NCBI GenBank assembly: GCA_029552245.1
Contig: JAKPDW010000047.1
Span: 53,935-117,934, forward strand
DNA: 64,000 nucleotides
Source: Deltaproteobacteria bacterium
GTDB taxonomy: Bacteria > Desulfobacterota > Desulfomonilia > UBA1062
Direction: 5' to 3'
Shown: positions 61,269 to 64,000 of the stretch, one piece after another
How positions within the stretch are numbered: position 1 is the first letter of the stretch
Layout: the number at the start of each line of letters is the position of its first letter
The notes under the pieces: generated by a model
Database searches by the model: none
The model's input: only the letters and a program-made list of their open reading frames with translations
Told to the model about the DNA's origin: nothing
Translations under genes and position numbers: made by a program

Positions 61269-62390
61269 ATGAAGAGGAGTCGACCCCGCATAGGGATAGC
61301 CCTGGACAGCGGCGGTGCCATGGGCGGGGCCCACGTGGGGGTCCTGGACGTCCTCGCAGGCGAAGGGTTCCGGCCGGAGGTGATCGTGGGGTCGAGCGCC
61401 GGTGCGGCCGTGGGCGCCGTCTTCGCGGCGGGGAAACTGGACGAGTTCGCGTCGCTCATCTCGGACATGTCGTTCATCAAGTCCCTGGGCCTCTACGTCG
61501 ACCCGGTGTTCCCGTACTCGGGTCTCCTCGCCGGGAACAGGGCCCGTGCGTTTTTGAGAGAACTCCTGGGGGATGCGGCCATAGAGGACCTGCCCGTGAA
61601 GTTCGCCGCGGTGGCCACGGACCTTCTCACGGGGGAGACCGTGGCCATAGACTCGGGCCCCCTGGCGGACGCGGTCATGGCGAGCATCGCCATACCCGGG
61701 ATCTTCAGGCCCGTCGTCCACATGGGGAGGCTGCTCACCGACGGCGGCGTATCGGACCCGCTCCCCATCGACATCCTCAGGAATTACGCCCCGGACATCG
61801 TGATCGCGTGCAACCTCCACCCGCGCATGACCACCAGGTACTCGCAGGCGAACAGGCGCAAGATCGTGGAGGCGGAGAGAAGCGCCCGCTCCCTGGACGA
61901 TGACCTCGCATCGGGCATGATCGAGCGCGTCATAGGGCTCGTCAAGTCCCAGATACCGTCCACGGGGGAGGTTCTCAAGGCGCTGCCCCGTGCCCTCGCG
62001 GAAAGGCTCACGGCCGAAAACAGGGGTGCCATCCTCAACTCCGACATCGTGAAATGGCTCAGGGAGACCATCGACGAGAAAGCGACCTTCCTCGACGGGA
62101 TCAAGGAGCTCGCCACCGTGAGGCCCGCCGAGAAGTGGCGGATGAGCATCGTCGATATCATCCTGAACGTGATGAACATCCAGCAGTACCAGAAGAACCG
62201 CCTCATGCTCAAGTACGAACCCCCGGACATCCTCATCGAGCCCGACGTCGTGGACATAGCCGCGCTCGAGTTCAACAAGAGCGCGCTCGCCATGGAGGAA
62301 GGCAGGCGAAAGGCCGCAGAGGCCGTTGTCGAACTGAGGCGCCTCGTGACGCGCTGGGGCGGCCAGTCGGGCCGGTCAGACCCCAAGTGA
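61269..62390 (+). CDS. Patatin-like phospholipase
   Basis: SGGAMG, GSSAG, DGG motifs. Confidence 0.9.
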   Translation: MKRSRPRIGIALDSGGAMGGAHVGVLDVLAGEGFRPEVIVGSSAGAAVGAVFAAGKLDEFASLISDMSFIKSLGLYVDPVFPYSGLLAGNRARAFLRELLGDAAIEDLPVKFAAVATDLLTGETVAIDSGPLADAVMASIAIPGIFRPVVHMGRLLTDGGVSDPLPIDILRNYAPDIVIACNLHPRMTTRYSQANRRKIVEAERSARSLDDDLASGMIERVIGLVKSQIPSTGEVLKALPRALAERLTAENRGAILNSDIVKWLRETIDEKATFLDGIKELATVRPAEKWRMSIVDIILNVMNIQQYQKNRLMLKYEPPDILIEPDVVDIAALEFNKSALAMEEGRRKAAEAVVELRRLVTRWGGQSGRSDPK

Positions 62391-62512
62391 AGGGGGAGCC
62401 GGGGCGAGGGACGACAGCCCCGCCGGAAACCGTCGGAGGCCGCCCGGCGACCCGGACGGGCCGGAAACCTGAAGTGTTGCCCCCCTGAGACGCTCCCACG
62501 CGGATCGGGGCG

Positions 62513-62709
62513 GCCCTTCCAGAGACATGAGGGGCTTTCGGTCTGCGGCTTCCCGAGTATAGACAAGCCTCATCTCACAGACCTGTGCCCTTCAAGAGAC
62601 GTGAGGGGTTACCGTCAGCGGGGGCTATTCCCGGCGCTGCAGCGATCTGCGGGCAGGTGGCAGGGGCATGGCGAGAAGGCTTTCGGCCTGCAGGGGTGAT
62701 TCCTGGAGC
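62513..62709. repeat. Degenerate direct repeats, period 72-74
   Basis: gcccttccagagacatgaggggct (62513) vs gcccttcaagagacgtgaggggtt (62587), 21/24; partial third copy near 62676-62709. Confidence 0.7.
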
Positions 62710-62757
62710 GATCCCAAAGAAGAACCGCCTCGGCTTGGAGACCGGGGTGTTAACGTG

Positions 62758-63489
62758 TCACTTCACGAGGAGGAGGTTCGCCTCCCTGAGCCTCGCTGCA
62801 AGGGTGGTGATGATGCGGTTGGCGATCTCCGGATTCTCGCTGATGATGCCCTCGATACCGCCTTCCGCCACGGGGATGACCTCGACGAGGCTCGTGCCCA
62901 GGGAACGGATCGTGGCGCTTCGGGGCTCGTTGAGGATGAAGCTCATCTCGCCGAAATACTCGCCGGGCTTGCTGATGAGCCCGATGCGGACCCCCTTCTT
63001 GAGCACCTCGAGACCACCCTCGGTCTGGTAGAGCCTGAAGATCTCGGTACCCGTCGTGCCTTCCTCGATGATGACCTCGCCGTCCTTGTACTCGCGGATG
63101 TCCAGGTTGATGGTATCCTTGTACGTGATGTTCGCCTCTGCGACCGAGGTGGTCTGTTCGAGTTGAAGGAAGGCGGACCGCATGATCATGGCGGCGAGGG
63201 CGGGCTTTTCGTAGGCGATCTCGTCGATGAGTTCCGACTCGTAGGCTGCGATGCGCGAGGTGCGGGTGGCCTTCGCCGTGGTCGTGTACGGCACACCCCT
63301 GTAGTAGTTCTCGAGGCCGAAGACATCGCGCTCGGTGAGGATGCGTATGGGCTTGTCGAGCTGCGATATCTGCACCTCGCCGGTGAGTATCGCGAAGAAG
63401 CGGTCGGAGGGGTCACCCTCCTTGACGATGATCTCACCGGGCTTGAATTCGCGAACCTCCAGCGATTCTATGGTTCGTTCATCGAGCAT
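62758..63489 (-). CDS. Tandem cyclic-nucleotide-binding domain protein
   Basis: Two cNMP domains (GEIIVKEGD...VFG; GEVIIEEG...GEYFGEMS...PRSAT); no effector domain. Confidence 0.88.
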   Translation of the reverse strand: MLDERTIESLEVREFKPGEIIVKEGDPSDRFFAILTGEVQISQLDKPIRILTERDVFGLENYYRGVPYTTTAKATRTSRIAAYESELIDEIAYEKPALAAMIMRSAFLQLEQTTSVAEANITYKDTINLDIREYKDGEVIIEEGTTGTEIFRLYQTEGGLEVLKKGVRIGLISKPGEYFGEMSFILNEPRSATIRSLGTSLVEVIPVAEGGIEGIISENPEIANRIITTLAARLREANLLLVK

Positions 63490-63536
63490 ACCGGGCCTTT
63501 CGGCATGGCGTGCACCAAACTTGAGCCCGCGAGGTC

Positions 63537-64000
63537 TCAGACGGGCCAGTACCGCGCCTGTACCTCGCAGATGTCGTCGAGCTCCCTGAAGCCAGAAGGC
63601 CTCACTTTTGGGGCTTGCCCTCCCTTCATAACCTCAACCACTTCCCGGACGGAATCACGCAGTGCGTCGAGGTTGTACCCCCCCTCCAGCGAGAACACCA
63701 CGGGCGCACCCGCCTGCCTTGCGTTCTCGAGGATGAGACCGGCGAGCGCGGCGAAGCCCCTCGATGAGAGCTGCATGCCCCCGATGGGATCCATGGCGTG
63801 GGCGTCGAAGCCGGCGGAGACGAGGACGAGGCCGGGCTCGAAGGCCCTCATGACCGGAAGGAGCACCCTCTCGTAGAGCGCCATGAACTCCCCGTCGCCC
63901 TTGCGGGCGCCGAGGGGACAGTTGACCGTGTACCCCCGGGCCCCTTCGGCCCCGGTTTCATGCATGCCGCCCGTGCCCGGGTAGAAGGGATACTGGTGCG
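63537..64000 (-). CDS. Histone deacetylase family protein (5' part lies beyond the window)
   Basis: HQYPFYPGTG, SAGFDAH..DP, LEGGY. Confidence 0.92.
   Translation of the reverse strand, partial: HQYPFYPGTGGMHETGAEGARGYTVNCPLGARKGDGEFMALYERVLLPVMRAFEPGLVLVSAGFDAHAMDPIGGMQLSSRGFAALAGLILENARQAGAPVVFSLEGGYNLDALRDSVREVVEVMKGGQAPKVRPSGFRELDDICEVQARYWPV

Overview
GC-rich bacterial chromosome segment. Gene content and order (ilvBN-ilvC-psd-pssA-leuA-leuC-leuD, tungstate ABC transporter, Etf/acyl-CoA dehydrogenase, PilZ/GGDEF/EAL-HDOD proteins) suggest an anaerobic deltaproteobacterium (Desulfobacterota-like); this is inference. It holds about 50 CDS, mostly housekeeping, metabolic and signalling genes. 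I saw no rRNA, tRNA, transposase, integrase or cas gene. The most unusual signal is non-coding. Many of the long intergenic regions contain short (about 20-36 nt), often palindromic direct repeats separated by largely unrelated spacers. Their periods fall into two classes, about 61-63 nt and about 70-76 nt, and the repeat sequence differs at every locus. One 4-unit array with a 29+32 nt geometry lies upstream of an orphan papain-fold gene between leuD and a usg-like gene. Other leads are a metallophosphoesterase-nucleotidyltransferase fusion, two candidate small RNAs, a TetR-controlled SCP2/TPP-enzyme/ADH operon, and three proteins that have lost catalytic residues. All alignments were made by eye.
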